In this document: positions 26,180 through 40,184 of the stretch, in pieces | How the letters are laid out: each line of letters opens with the position of its first letter | Numbering within the stretch: the first letter of the stretch is position 1 | Source of the DNA: Mobula hypostoma | Taxonomy: Eukaryota | NCBI RefSeq assembly: GCF_963921235.1 | Contig: NC_086108.1 | Span: forward strand, 68,388,001-68,452,000 | Direction of reading: 5' to 3' | Length of the DNA: 64,000 bases | Made by a program: the position numbers and the translations under genes | The notes under the pieces: generated by a model | Told to the model about the DNA's origin: nothing | What the model saw: the letters and a program-made list of their open reading frames with translations, nothing else | The model's database searches: none

Positions 26180-29100
26180 TTTTATTTGAGCTGATAAAAA
26201 GAGTAAGCAGAGCAGCCATTATGCAAGTGGACCAGTGTTAGAGAACAGGCAGAGGCTAAGGGTGCTGAGTTATTTGTTATCATTTGTTTTTGACTGTTGA
26301 AACTTGGGTTTGAGAAGTTAGAACCAAAGGTATAACAAGATCAGGAAGAAGAGGCTTAGTAAGTGACCTAGGTAAGAGTGAAACTCAGAGATTACAGAGA
26401 TAACAAGTAAGCTTTTCTTTTATTGTCTGTAATAAGCTTAATAACAAGTAAGCTTTTCTTTTATTGTCTGTAAACCCTCAGTCCTTAGTTCAGTGTCGGC
26501 AGAATGGTTAAGACATTGGAATTCTCTTCCTGTGTGATGCGGAATTTGAGGGTACCTAACAGTCTCCCTGATGACTACATGGCACAGGAAGTGCACCCAA
26601 TGTCAGCTTCCTGGCTGGAAAGGTCAAGGAACTGGATTTGGAACTGGAAGTACTCAGGACCGTTTGGGATGCTGAAAATCTCATAGATGAAACTTTTACT
26701 GAGGTGGTCACACCCAGAGTGCAGGGTTCAGGTAATAGATAGGTAACACCAGGAGAAGTAAGGGGGGTTGGCAGTCAGTGCAGGGTTCTCCTGTGGCCAT
26801 TGCCCTCAGTGACAGCGATACCCATTTGGGGGGGGGGGGGGGTGACCTATCAGGGCACAGCAGCAGCAGCCAGGCCAGCGGCATTGTGGCAGGGAAGGTT
26901 CAAGTCAGGCAAATCGATAGTGATAGGAGACTCCATAGTTAGGGGAACAGACGAGATCCTTTGGGTACAAAAAAGACAATGTGGAACCTTCCAAGTGCTC
27001 GGGTCTAGGATGTCTCGGAGCAGCAGCAGAATATTCTCAGGGGCGGGGGGGGTGGTGGCGGTGGTGTTGAGCAGCCAGAGGTGGTGCACATTACAATAAT
27101 GACATGGGTAAAATGGGGGAAGAGGTCCTCGCAGAGAGCATAGGGAGTTAGGAAAGAGGCTGAAGAGTAGGACCTACGAAGCAGTCATCTTTAGATACTC
27201 CCAGTGTCATGTGCTCGTCAGGGCAGGAAAGTAGTGCACATGAATGAGTGGCTGAGGAACTGGTGCATGAGGCGGAGTTTCGGGTTCTGGATCATTGGAA
27301 CGTCTTCTGGAGCAAGATGATCTGTATCAGAGGGACGGGTTGCATGTAAACTGGAGGGGAACCAATATCCTGGCCAGGTGGTTCACGAGTGCTACTTGGG
27401 AAGGTTTAAACTAGTTTGGCGAGGGGTAAGCGGGGGTGTGATAGGTGTGAACCAGAGCACCAGCTCAGAAAGTGCTGAAGAGGAAGGTAGATATCAGGGC
27501 CAGTAAAAACTTGCAGGAACAAAGTAGTTAATGCAATAGGATGGATAATTTGAAATTTGTGTATTTTAATGCTAGGGTAAAGGTGATGAACTCAGAGCCT
27601 GGATCAGTACAGGGAACTATGATGTTGTGCCTATTACAAAGACTTGGAGAGGAATGGTGCTTAATGCCCCAGGGTGTCAATGTTTTGGGAAAGATTAAGA
27701 GGGAAGTAAAAGAAGGGTGGGGGAGTGGAGCTATAAATCAGCGACAATATCACAGCTGCATTCAGAAGGGGACATAATGGAGAACTCGTCTACTGAGTCT
27801 GTGTGGGCAGAACTCAAAAATAGGATGGGTGCAATCACTCTGATAGGATTGACCTGCATACCCTCTCCCCATCCTCCCACCCACACAGATCAAATAAAGG
27901 TGTAAAACCAATAGGGTTGTTGTCATGGAGGACCCCAACTTTCTTAGTGCAAGATGGGACAAAGTTTGTTGGGTTAGTTTGTTAAATCAATATATAGCTG
28001 AGGGGCAGCTATACTGAATCTAGTATTGGGTAATGAGCCTAGTCAGACAACTGAGTGAGCAGTTAGGGAACAGTGACCACAGCTCCTTAAGTTTTAGGTT
28101 AGCTATAGATAGGGATAAGTATGGATCTTGCGGTAGAGTATTAAACTGGAGCAGGGCAAATTACAAGAGCATTTGGCAGTAACCAGAGAGAGTTAATTAG
28201 GAACAACTGTTTTTGGGCAAGTATACATCTGACATGTGGAGGGTGTTTAAAGACCGACTGCAAAGAGTACAGGACAGGAAAGAATTCCAGTCACAAGGAT
28301 GGCAAGGTAAGAGAACCTTGGATTTCAAGGGAGGTGATGAATTTAGTGAAGGAAAAAAGGAAGCTAGAATCAAACAGAGCCCTTGAGGATTATAAAGAAA
28401 CCAGAAAAGTACTTAAGGGAACTAGGAAAACCAAGGACCGTGAAAAGTCCTTGGCAAGTAGGATTAAAGCAGATCCCAGTTCTCCACATAGGTACATCAG
28501 GAGCAAGAGGATAACTAGAGGATGGGATTACTCAAGGATTAAGGGGGAAATTTGCTTGAATATGAAGGAGGTGGGTGAGGTGCTTACTGAGTATGTTACT
28601 TCAGTATTTACCAAGAAGGACGTGGATGATAGGGAGATCAGTGCTGAGAATATTGATATGCTTGGGCATTTCACAGTATAGAAAGAGATAGTATTGTGTC
28701 TCTTAAAGAACATTAAAGTCTCCAGGGCCCGATGAGATGTACTCTAGATTATTGAGAGATGCAAGAGAAGAGATTGCTGGGGCCTTGGCCAGTATTTTGG
28801 TGACACAGGCACGGTCCCAGCAGACTAGCAGGAGCTGATGTTGTTCCATTATTCAAGAAGAGAACCAGAGATAATCCTGGAAATTATAGATAGGTGAGTC
28901 ATGTCAGTGGTAGGCAGGTTACATGAGTGAATTCTTAGGGACATGATTTTTGAGCATTCAGAAAACCATGGCCTAATTAGGGAGAACCAGCATGTGGCAT
29001 TGTGTGGGGCAAGTCATGTATTAGTAACTTGATAGAGTTTTTTGACCAGTTTAGAAGGGTGATTGATAAAGGTATGTGTATAGATGTTGTCTACATGGAT

Positions 29101-30606
29101 TTTAGTAAGGTGTTTGACGAGGTCCCTCCTGGGAGATGATAAGACATAGGAGCAGAATTAGGCCATTTGACCCATTGAGCTGTGCTATTCAATCATGGCT
29201 GATCTATTTTTTTCCCTCCTCAGCCCCACTCCCCAGCCTTATAGACCATAAGATATAGGAGCAGAAGTAGGCCAATCACATCCCCACTCCCCTGCTTTCA
29301 CCCCATATCCTTTGATGCCCTGGCTAAAGTAAGAACCTATCTATCTCTGCCTTTAATATACCCAATGACTTGGCCTCCACAGCTGCTTGTGGCAACAAAT
29401 TCCACAGATTTACCACCCTCTGACTGAAGTAATTTCTCCACATCTTAGTTCGAAAAGGACGTCCTTCAACCCTGAAGTTGTGCCCTCTTGTCCTAGAATC
29501 CCCTACCATGGGAAATAACTATGCTATATCTAATCTGTTCAGGCCTTTCATCATTTGGAATGTTTCTATGAGATCCCCCCCTCATTCTCCTGAACTCCAG
29601 GAAATACAGCCCAAGAGCTGCCAGACGTCCCTCAGATGTCCCTTTCATTCCTGGAATCATTCTCGTGAACCTTCTCTGAACCCTCTCCAATGTCAGTAAC
29701 CCTTCTTCCCATAACCTTTGTTTCCGTGGCAAATCAAGGACATATCAATCTCCACCTTAAATACACATAATGACCTGGCTTCCACAGCTGTCTGTGATAA
29801 CAAATTCCACAAATTCACCACCCTCTGGCTAAAGAAATTTCTCCACATCTCCAAGGCTCATCCAGAAGATTAAAATGCACGAATCCCTGGTAAATTGGCT
29901 GCTTGGATTCACAACTGGCTCGTCCAAAGAAGGCAGAGGTAGTGGTCGAAGGGACCTATTCTTTCTGAAAGACTGTCATTAGTGATGTTCCGCAGGGATC
30001 TGTACTGGAACTTCTGCTGTTGTGATGTACTGCATATAAATGACATGGATGAACATGCGGGTGAGTGGTTTAGTAAGTTTGCAGATGATGCGAAGACTGC
30101 TGGTCTTGTGGATAGCACAGTAAATTGGTCGCCTGATCAGAGGAAGGGTGTCAAGGCTTTGGAGATGGTGCAGAAGAGGTTTACTAGAATGCTGCCTGGA
30201 TCAGAGGATATGTGCTATAATAAGAGTTGGGACAAACCTGTGTTGTTTTCTCTGGAGCAGTGGAGGCTGAGGGGAGGTCTCATAAAGGTTTATAATATTG
30301 TGTGAGGCAATATTGTATAGAGTAGGCAAAAATATCTTTTTTCTAGGGTTGAAGTAGCTCATACCAGAGGGAAGGCATTTAAGGTTCAAGGCAAGATTTT
30401 TACTCAGAGAGTGGTGGGTGCCTGGAATGCACTGCCTGGATTTGTGGTTGAGGTAGATGTATGAGGGACTTCTAAGAGACGTTTAGATAGGCACATGAAT
30501 ATGAGGAAAATGGTAGGCATAAGGGATTGGTTTAGTTGGCCATTTGGTTGAGCACAACGTTATGGGCCAAAGGGCCTATTCCTGTACTGTACTGTTCTAT
30601 GTTCTG
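26180..30606 (+). mobile_element. Near full-length degenerate CR1 LINE (5' UTR, ORF1 zinc finger/esterase, ORF2 EN-RT with internal deletion, 3' UTR)
   Basis: SLPDDY...(26560) ORF1 Zn-finger remnant; SIVIGDSIVRGTD SGNH-esterase motif (~26915-26953); LKFVYFNAR endonuclease start (27550); MDFSKVFD, KFADDAK; tail gtactgttctatgttct. Confidence 0.85.
29139..29852 (-). mobile_element. Two CR1 3' ends in opposite orientation, one (29241-29697) nested in the other, inside the 26180 CR1
   Basis: Minus ORFs LERVQRRFTRMIPG and RTRGHNFRVEG..YFSQRVVNLWN; host RT sequence resumes aggctcatccagaag at ~29853. Confidence 0.8.
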
Positions 30607-31044
30607 TGTACTAATCTTTAGATTGGTCATGGAGAACGATAAAAAAACAATCTAAAGTAGGATGACGAGCAAAAAATGATATATACTCAACAGTTGGAAT
30701 GCAAATAAAGTGCAGAAAATACTCTGCAAGTCAGACAGCGTCTGCGTAGAGAACAACAGGGTCAATGTGTATTCATTACAATGCTTTGATGAAGAGGCAA
30801 TGACCTGAAATGTTGACTCTCTATCTCTCCATGGATGCTGCCTACCTTGTGCAATTGCAGCACTTTTTATTTTCGTATGAAGTAAAACACCTTAATTAGG
30901 AGAGGGCTAAAAATCGATGAGATGAAGAAGGTTCTAACCAAGGCAAGTTGAAACCAAAGACTGGCAATCATCTGAATAATTGAAATGAGAGCCAGACTGA
31001 GTATAATACGCTGAGGCAAATATGCCGCACGAATGAGAATAAGA

Positions 31045-31385
31045 TTATTTTTATTTCAAAGCTAAACTTTATTCAGAATAAAATACAAAAGAAAAACAGC
31101 GCAAAACTCTTTGCATTCTTAGTGCCATTTGGTCAATACGTTCAGTAGTGTTAACATGTCTTTTTGAACATGGCATCATTGCTGTGCATGTGTGCCCTAG
31201 GGACAATACACGGTTTTATTGTTTAAGGGGCTGCAGTACCAGACTCAGCCCCTGCATGTCCGGCAGCAGAGTGTCCCTAGAATCTGCTCTTTCCCCGGAG
31301 AGCTGTGTTAGAATGTGCATTGGTTGGACAAGGCTGCAATGCATCCCTCAGCACGTACTTCTGCAGCCTGTAGTGGGCCAGTTTA
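31045..31385 (-). mobile_element. L1/Tx1-clade LINE 3' end
   Basis: Minus strand LAHYRLQKYVLRDAL (Tx1-type ORF2 C-terminus), then AATAAA and an A-rich tail. Confidence 0.6.
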
Positions 31386-31844
31386 CAGCATTCCCTGACA
31401 GACAACTCCCAATGTCAGAATACAAGGGAATGGCAGTTTACCAAAAGGGGAACTTGGATCTTACAAAGAAAAGAGACAGGACTGATTAGTGACTCGTCTT
31501 TGTACACTGATAGAAAAGAAGGCTGGGTAATTAATATAGAGGATGATGTCAAAAACTCAGCAGAAATGAAGGTTGTAGATTTATAGGATTGATGAAAATT
31601 TATTATTAAGAGTTATTAGAAGATTAGCGGTGTTTAAAATTAGTAAGTCACTTGGTCAGATTGATTATATCCGAAGCTATTGATAGAGTGGGGGTAGAGA
31701 TTGCCAGAGGGCAGCCTATCCTCTAAAGATACCAGAGGCTGTCAATAGGAATGGAAAGCGACAAATAGGAATTCTTTATCAAAAATGAGTACTAAATCAA
31801 TGCTAACAACTACAGATCAGTCATTTTAACTCTGGTGATGATTA

Positions 31845-34668
31845 GAAACATAGAAAACCTACAGCACAATACAGGTCCTTCGGCCCACAATGCTTGCCAA
31901 ACACGTACTTACTTTAGAAGTCACCTAGGGTTACCCATAGCCCTCTATTTTTCAGAGCTCCATGTAGCTATCCAGGAGTCTCTTAAAAGACCCTATCGTA
32001 TCCGCCTCCACCACCATCGTTGACAGCCCATTCCAAGCACTCACCACTCGCTGCATAAAAAAAACTTACCCCTGACATCTCCTCTGTACCTACTTCCAAG
32101 CACCTTAAAACTGTGCCCTCTCGTGTTAACCATTTCCGCCCTGGGAAAAAGCTTCTGACTATCCACACGATCAATTCCTCCCATCATCTTATACACCTCT
32201 ATCAGGTCACCTCTCATCCTCTGCTACTCCAAGGAAAAAAGGCTGAGTTCACTCAACCTATTCTCATAAGGCATGCTCCCCAATCCAGGCAACATCCTTG
32301 TAAATCTCCTCTGCACCCTTTCTATAGTTTCCACATCCTTCCTGTAGTGAGGTGACCAGAACTGCGCACAGTATTCCAAGTGGGGACTGACCAGGGTCCT
32401 ATACAGCTGCAACATTACCTTTCGGCTCTTGAACTCAATCACAGGGTTGATGAAGGCCAATACACTGTATGCCTTCATAACCACACAGTCAACCTGCATA
32501 GCAGCTTTGAGTGTCCTGTGGACTCAGGGCCCTAAGGTCCCTCTGATCCTCCACACTGCCAAGAGTCTTACCATGAACACTATATTCTGCCAACATATTT
32601 GACCTACCAAAATGAACCTCCTCACACTTATCTGGGTTGAATTCCATCTGCCACTTCTCAGCCCAGTTTTGCATCCTATCGATGTCCCCCTGTAACCTCT
32701 GACAGCCCTCCACACTTTCCAACACGCCCCCCCCCACCTTTGTGTCATCAGCAAATTTACTGACTCATCCCTCCACTTCCTCATCCAGGTCATTTATAAA
32801 TATCATGAAGAAAAGGGGTCCCAGAACAGATCCCTGGGGCACACCACTGGTTACCAACCTCCATACAGAATATGACCCGTCTACAACCACTCTTTGCCTC
32901 TGTGGGCAAGCCAGTTCTGGATCCACAAAAAGCAATGTCCCCTTGGATCCCATGCCTCCTTACTTTCTCATTAAGCCTTGCATGGGGTACCTTATCAAAT
33001 GCCTTGCTGAAATCCATATACACTAAATACATCTACTGGTCTACCTTCATCAACGTGTTTAGTTATATCCTCAAAAAATTCAGTCAGGCTCGTAAGGCAC
33101 GACCTGCCATACTGACTATTCCTAATCATATTACACCTCTCCAAATATTCATAAATCCTGCCTCTCAGGATTTTCCATCAACTTACTCACACCTGAATAA
33201 GACTCACTGGTCTGTAATTTCCTGGGCTATCTCTACTCCCTTCCTTGAATAAGGGAACAACATCTGCAACCCTCCTATACTCTGGAACCTCTCCCATCCC
33301 CATTGATGATGTAAAGATAATTGCCAGAGGCTCAGCAATCTCCTCCCTTGCCTTCCACAGTAGCCTGGGGTACATCTCGTTTGGTCTCGGAAACTTATCC
33401 AACTTGATGCTTTCCAAAAGCTCCAGCACATCCTCCTTCTTAATGTCTATATGCTCAAGCTTTTCAATCAGCTGTGCCATCTCTATAGTCGCCAAGATCC
33501 ATTTTCTGTAGTGAATACTGAAGCAAAGTATTCATTAAGTACCTCTGCTATCTCCTCCGGTTCCGTAGACACTTTTCCGCTGTCACACTTGATTGGTCCT
33601 ATTCTCTTGCTCTTCACATGCTTGTAGAATGCCTTGGGGTTTTCTTTAATCCTGCTCACCAAGGCCTTCTCATGGCCCCTTCTGGCTCTCCTAATTTCAT
33701 TCTTAAGCTCCTTCCTGCTAGCTTTATAACCATCTAGACCTCTATCATTTCCTGCTTTTTTCTGAACCTTTCGTAAGCTCTTCTTTTCTTCTTGACTAGA
33801 TTTACAACAGCCTTTGTACACCACAGTTCCTGTACCCTACCATCCTTTCCCTGTCTCATTGGAACGTACCTATGCAGAACGCCATGCAAATATCCCCTGA
33901 ATAGTTGCCACATTTCGCCGTACATCTCCCTGAGTACATCTGTTCCCAATCTATGTTTCCAAGTTCCTGCCTGATAGCTTCATATTTCCCCTTACTCCAA
34001 TTGAACGCTTTCCTAACTTGTCTGTTCCTGTCCCTCTCCAATGCTGTGGTAAAGGAGATAAAATTGTGATCACTATTTCCAAAATGCTCTCCCGCTGAGA
34101 GACCTGACACCTGACCAGGTTCATTTCCCAATACCAGATCAAGTACAGCCTGTCCGCCTGTAGGCTTATCTACCTATTGTGTCAGGATACTTTCCTGAAC
34201 ACACCTAACAAACTCCACCCCATCTAAAACCCTTGCTCAAGGGAGATGCCAATCAATATTGGGGAAGTTAAAATCTCCCACCATGACAACCCTGTTATTA
34301 TTGCAGCTCTCCAAAATCTGTCTCGTTGTCTGCTTCTCGATGTCCCTGTTACTATTGGGTGGTCTGTATATAAAAAAAACAACACCCAGTAGAGTTATTG
34401 ACCCCTTCCTGTTCCTAACTTCCACCCACAGAGACCCAGTAGACAATCCTCCATGACTTCCTCCTTTTCTGCAGCCGTGGCACTATCTCTGATCAGCAGT
34501 GCCATGTCCCACCTCTTTTGCCTCCCTCCCTGTCCTTTCTGAAACATCTAAAGCCTGGCACTCTAGGTAACCATTCCTGCCCCTGAGGCATCTAAGTCTC
34601 TGTAATGGCCACAGCATCATAGCTCCAAGTACTGATCCAGGCTGTAAGCTCATCCACTTTGTTCATGA
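31845..34668 (-). mobile_element. CR1 LINE, near-complete ORF2 (EN+RT), frameshifted
   Basis: Minus ORFs [66 protein letters not shown]; tail ttctatgtttcta. Confidence 0.92.
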
Positions 34669-35288
34669 TTGGGAGAAAAAATATTTGGTATCTGAAGGTA
34701 TTTGAGTCAGTAAAGGAGAACCATTGTGGAATTTTTAAAAACTAATTCTGCTTGAATTTTTTATGACGAAAAGATGAAGTCTGATGTCAGGAATGCAGTA
34801 TACGACATTTTAAACATCAATTTTCAGAGGCACCCCACAGAAATGGCTGGTCAGCAAAAATGAGCATTGTGAAACATAAAAGTCAGTAAAAGGTGGACAA
34901 AGGATTAGCTTATAACAGAAAACAGAACCACTGTAATACAGACATTACGGTGGGAGGCTGGTGCATATTGCTTTCTTAGAAAATAGGCTGTATCACAGTT
35001 CTCCATAACATAAAATCATGTCAAGAAACACTATACATTTTGTGTCAATTTAATTACTTTCTTTCACACAAATACTGTGAGATTATATTTTGTTCTGTAT
35101 CTCAAATTTTTTGGTGGTGATTTGCAAATTCTTTTAAGAATGAATTTCCTTAACCCGAACAACTATAGCACAGGTTCCACTGTAATTGTTTATTTTCTTA
35201 GAGATTTGTGGAAAATAGTGCTCTCTGGAGTGTCTCTGTTATGATAACTTATTATGCATATTAATGAATTAAATATGGACGTTCAGTA

Positions 35289-35438
35289 TGTTATGAACTA
35301 TAATGTTTTAGAAATAAAACAGCAACAAGAGATTTCACACTGAGTCGGGTTTTGATGTTAAAACCACTATCTTTATTAGTATCTGCTTATAATATCATAA
35401 CTTAACCAAGATAAACAAATGTTAGCAGTGTTGTGTGG

Positions 35439-35507
<69 letters not shown>

Positions 35508-36075
35508 TATAGCACCCAAACTATATCGAGCCTGGGGAAAATAAAGCTTAAAGTCTCAAGATGATAAAAAAGGGAAAGTTCAGTCATTCACAGAATAAGT
35601 GATAGGAGAGAGATATTTGTAATCCAGGGTAAAACGTAGGGAAAAGGTGGTTACGTCGAATTCCACAACTAAGCAAAAGTATTGTCGTTGAAGACCTTGC
35701 CCGTCGTTTTGTTCCAAATCCACATAGGAGTTATCACCGAAAATGACTTGTCACAGGGATATCGTCTTCAAGTGATTACCACACAACATACCCAGGCAAG
35801 GGTTAACACATAAGTGGTCTCCACAGGATATCTCAATCCACTCTTTTGGATTATACGAAGTGACAGCCACACATTATATGCACTCCATGCTGATGTTTAA
35901 CCCAATCTTTTGGGGGGTCTCTCACTCTCTCTTTCCACCACCCCGCCCCCCGAAGGTCGCTCTCTGTATATGAGTTTAAGTTCACAGCAGCCTGTGACTG
36001 ACATCATAGTCCCGCCTCACTTAGGCACTCTTAAAGTAACAGTCCACAGTAAATGAAACCTGTGGGTTCGTAACA
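35289..36075 (-). mobile_element. Solo LTR (787 bp)
   Basis: Ends TGTTATGAAC...GTTCGTAACA (TG..CA, inverted termini); AGTA duplication at 35285-35288 and 36076-36079; AATAAA on the minus strand near 35372-35377. Confidence 0.75.
35440..35507. repeat. Compound microsatellite (TG)7(TA)20(CA)7, a perfect 68-bp palindrome
   Basis: Read directly from the sequence. Confidence 0.95.
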
Positions 36076-37017
36076 AGTACTGAAAAAAATTAAATGTTGA
36101 TTACAACAAATTGTAATTTGTGAAAGGTCAAGACTAAATTCTTATAATGGTAAAATATAGGGTCTGTAGAACGGGAACACGTGGCAGATGAAATTTACTA
36201 CAGCAGGGAATATGAAATAATATAATGCAGATCAGTGATATTCAGATCACAGCTTGCGAGTCTTCAAAAGCTCTGCTTTCTGTATTAGAATATGAACTTT
36301 CTTAAACCTCAGTATAGAAATTATTGTATGTTTCTATTAAACACTAACACGGACTCACCCATTTCAAAACTTTTAGAGGTTGAGAGTGATAGTCAAAATA
36401 TATATGGTTAATCTAGGAACCATTGATGTAACTAAGAACCAGCCATCAAGCTTTTTCTATCCAAACCATTGTCCATAGAAATGCTAATGTCACACAGCAA
36501 ACTTTAGGGTAGTTCGTGGAGGTGGCAACGCATTTGTGTCCTTTGAGTAGACTGAGTGCAGGTTTGATCTCTTTGGACCTACAGGTAAATAAAGAATACC
36601 TCTAAATGTCACTTATACTGAACTTCTGTCACATCCTCTCAGGCCTAGTAGATATTCTTTGTGTAGTTGAATGTTGAGATCTGCTCTAAAGTATACATTG
36701 CCTCAGATATGTGATTACCATGGTAAATATCCACCAGATCCATGTCAGTTGATAGCCAGTATGATCTCCGGGATATTGTTTGTGAGGGAATGGACTATAG
36801 CACTATACCATGTCAAGTAGAAATGATAACTTTTGTACTACCATAATTCTATTTAGTGTTCATTTCTGCATGAGAACCAGCTGGGCACTAATATGAAAAG
36901 CAGCCTATTTAATGCAGCAAAAAGGGCAAAATCCTATATTTACGCAGGTGTCTTCAGAAGAAAATTTTTAAGGAATTAAATTTTTAGCCATCTGATCTAG
37001 ATGCCTTTTTTCTCTCT

Positions 37018-37368
37018 TAGTTTACTTTACTTTATTGTCACCAAACAATTGATACTAGTGCTTGTAATCATCACAGCGATACCTTTGCGCTCGCTGGAGT
37101 ACAAATCAATAGTAAATAGTAAAAATTTAAATTATAAATCATAAATAGAAAAGGGAAAGTAAAGTAGTGCAAAAAAACTGAAAGGCAGGTCCTGATATTT
37201 GGAGGGTACGGCCCAGATCCAGGTCAGGATCTGTTCAGCAGTCTTATCACAGTTGGAAAGAAGCTGTTCCCAAATCTGGCCGTACGAGTCTTAAGCTCCT
37301 GAGCCTTCTCCCGGAGGGAACCGGGGCGAAAAGTGTGTTAGCTGGGTGGGTCGTCTCCTTGATCATCC
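37018..37368 (-). mobile_element. Rex1-type LINE 3' end
   Basis: Minus strand IKETTHPANTLFAPVPSGRRLRSL..RFGNSFFP; (gtaaa)n tail. Confidence 0.75.
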
Positions 37369-38521
37369 TTTATTAGCTATATCTGTAGAAAATGCCAATT
37401 TTATTGTTTGATAGTCTAAAGGAAATAATTACACTATAACATTTGGAATTCCCCATTCCTGTAAAGGGGAAGGATGAAGGACAGGAACACTTCCAAAAAA
37501 GGGAGCGTTGACTTAGAATGGTGAATATTCTCCTCTGTACCATAGCACATTGATAGATCATTAAGTACAGTTGAATCTTCCAGGAACCATAGTTCTGAGT
37601 TCTTTGTAGTTACTGCAAAGTACTGGTTAGATAATTTTGAAAATTTCTTTATAGAATAACTCTTAATAAGCTCTGGTGTAATATTTGCTTCCTGCTATTT
37701 CTCGTCATTGTTTGCAAACTCTTTTAAGTTCATTTGGTGAAGACCAACTCGAACTTGAGTTACTCAGAACAAATTTTTGCAAAGTTTAAATCCCAGTCTG
37801 TGCTAACTTATTTCATTGAAGATTAGAAGGAGGCTTCTGTAATTGGCTTCAGATTTTCTAATAATTTAAGTTCACAACTGATATTCAATATTCCTTTCTT
37901 CAAAGTATGCGTGTGGCATACGGTTAAATAAAATAACTAAGTAAAATAATTCCTAGATTTCCAAACAGAGTGAGCAACTGCTAAGGGAAATGTTTCCCTC
38001 AAGGAAACATCAGTCTATGATGCTGTTTCTTGATGTAAGAAATATTTCCAGTACCAGCGCTGCTCAGAAAATAACAATGATTGGTTAACTGAATCCTCAT
38101 CAAAGATAATACTCTCCTCTTCATTTGAGATTTGTGTTATATTTTCAGTAAAAGGACTCTGTCTCAGAATTTATAGAGCTATGATAGGTATCGGGCCTGT
38201 TCTCTTGAATTGTAGCTTCATTAAGGCATAGAAAGGGACCATTTTGCTAGTACAATGCTTACTGGCTCAGAGGAGCAAGAGCAGCTGTCAGCGTACTATT
38301 AAACATGTAAGATGATCTCTGATTATACACAATCTTAATATTTTCCTATTCCTGTGTACTGACTCATTCATCCCAAAGCAACATTGCTAGAGCTTCCTTA
38401 TCATGATTACTTAATTGGTAGTTGCGAACTCCTCATTAACCTCAAAGACAAATAGGAATGTAGAATAGAAATTGGCCTCTTAGCACAAAGAATCCTTAAT
38501 AACATATTTATCAGAGCAATA

Positions 38522-38932
38522 TACACAAAATGCTGGAGGAACTCAGCAGGTCAGGCACCATCTATGGAAGTGAATAAACAGACGACGTTTTAGGCCGAGA
38601 ACTTTCATCACAAGAAATGAAGGGGAATGATGCCAGAATAAGAAGGGAGAGGGAGGGAAAGAAGGTGCTAGATAAAGCCAGGTGGGTGAGGGAGGGGAGG
38701 GGATGGGATGAAGTGAGAAGCTGGGAGATGATAGCCAGCAAATGTAAAGAGCTGGAGAAGAAGGAATCTGATAGGAGAGGAGAGTGGACCCTGGAACAAA
38801 GGGAAAGAGGAGATGCGCCAGGGTGAGAAGAGGTAGGGGGGTTAGAGTGAGGAATCTGACTGACCTGTTTAGTTCCTTCACCAGTTTGTGTGTGTTATTC
38901 TGGATTTCCAACATCTTCAGAATCTCTTGTGT
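38522..38932 (-). mobile_element. Penelope-like terminal repeat fragment with a short inverted piece
   Basis: acacaaaatgctggaggaactcagcagg... followed by a purine-rich tract, as at 5590-5950; inverted piece at 38855-38932. Confidence 0.75.
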
Positions 38933-40184
38933 TTGTAATGCATTCGCCATGGGTGTTTCTTATCATCTTATTGCAGACTACAGTAACAAATGTCTGTTAC
39001 TGGAACAATAAAAAAAGGACTGGCTGCTGAGAGAATTCAGTACCTGTTAGAGGTCAGATTGAGAGTATTCAGTACCTACTAGAGGTCAGATTGTTTACCC
39101 AAGATCTGAAAGAATTGTTACATTTCAGAAGCTGATTAAGAACTCCTCAGACCCAAAGAGCTATTTGTCACCATATCTTTACCACATCTACAAACTTTGA
39201 GTGGATCATCCTGAATTGTTACCAAGTATTAGCTCACCCTAAGAAACATGGATCTTTGGTATCTCTTTTATCAGTATCTTTACACATATGACACTGGAAA
39301 CATTTCTGAAGATCAACTATATGAAGAACAATAATCCAACCTCAAGGCAGTTTCTGACCACTAACCACATAACCCTTGTATGCTTGTGTTGTCTATTTTC
39401 AATGCAGTGCACTTGAGTTCTTCATTTTGTATAAGATTTTACGACCTGTTCAGAAGCACTGAAGACTTTGCAAGCAAAGATTTAAATAAAGCTCAGGGTT
39501 GTATATGCTAATAAATTTACCTTGAACTTTTAAAGATTAACTTTAAAACTTTAATCCAATCTCTTTGTATCAACTTTGTTATTGAGTTTATAATTTTGAA
39601 AATTAATAAAAAGATTTAAAAAGAAAGAAAGAACTTTAAGTGAATCAGATTTCTGACAATAGATTTACTTGTGTTCTTAGAAAGCTGCTGGAGGAGCATC
39701 TGTGTTGCCATTGCCAATGTAGTAATGGACCAAGAGCTGGGAAGCAGGATTAACCTAAAAAGTCCATTTATGGCTCCCAAGAGTATGATGGGCTAAGTGT
39801 GTGATTGGCCTTTAGTGCTCATCTTAACAAGATGAAAATGTTTTAATATACTGTATCTATAATAAAAAAGAGGCAAAACCCAGTCCAATTTAAAGACTGT
39901 GAGGACTCAAGCAGGCTTCTAAATTAGTTAGGTGAAGAATTGATGGATGCACCAGAGAAAGTTTAGCTATAAAGAAATGTTGTGCGAAGTGAGCAATATG
40001 TGATCAAGTACTGAATTGGTAGAGTAGCAATTATATTGAAGATTGATGAGATTATCTATAGAAAAGGATAACCTGGTAAATCAGTTTATATTTATCACAT
40101 GTACTGGAGGTACAGTGAAAATCTTTGTTTTGCATGCCACTTCTACAGATCACTTCACTAGGCAGCTTAAGGACAGTAGGTCAG

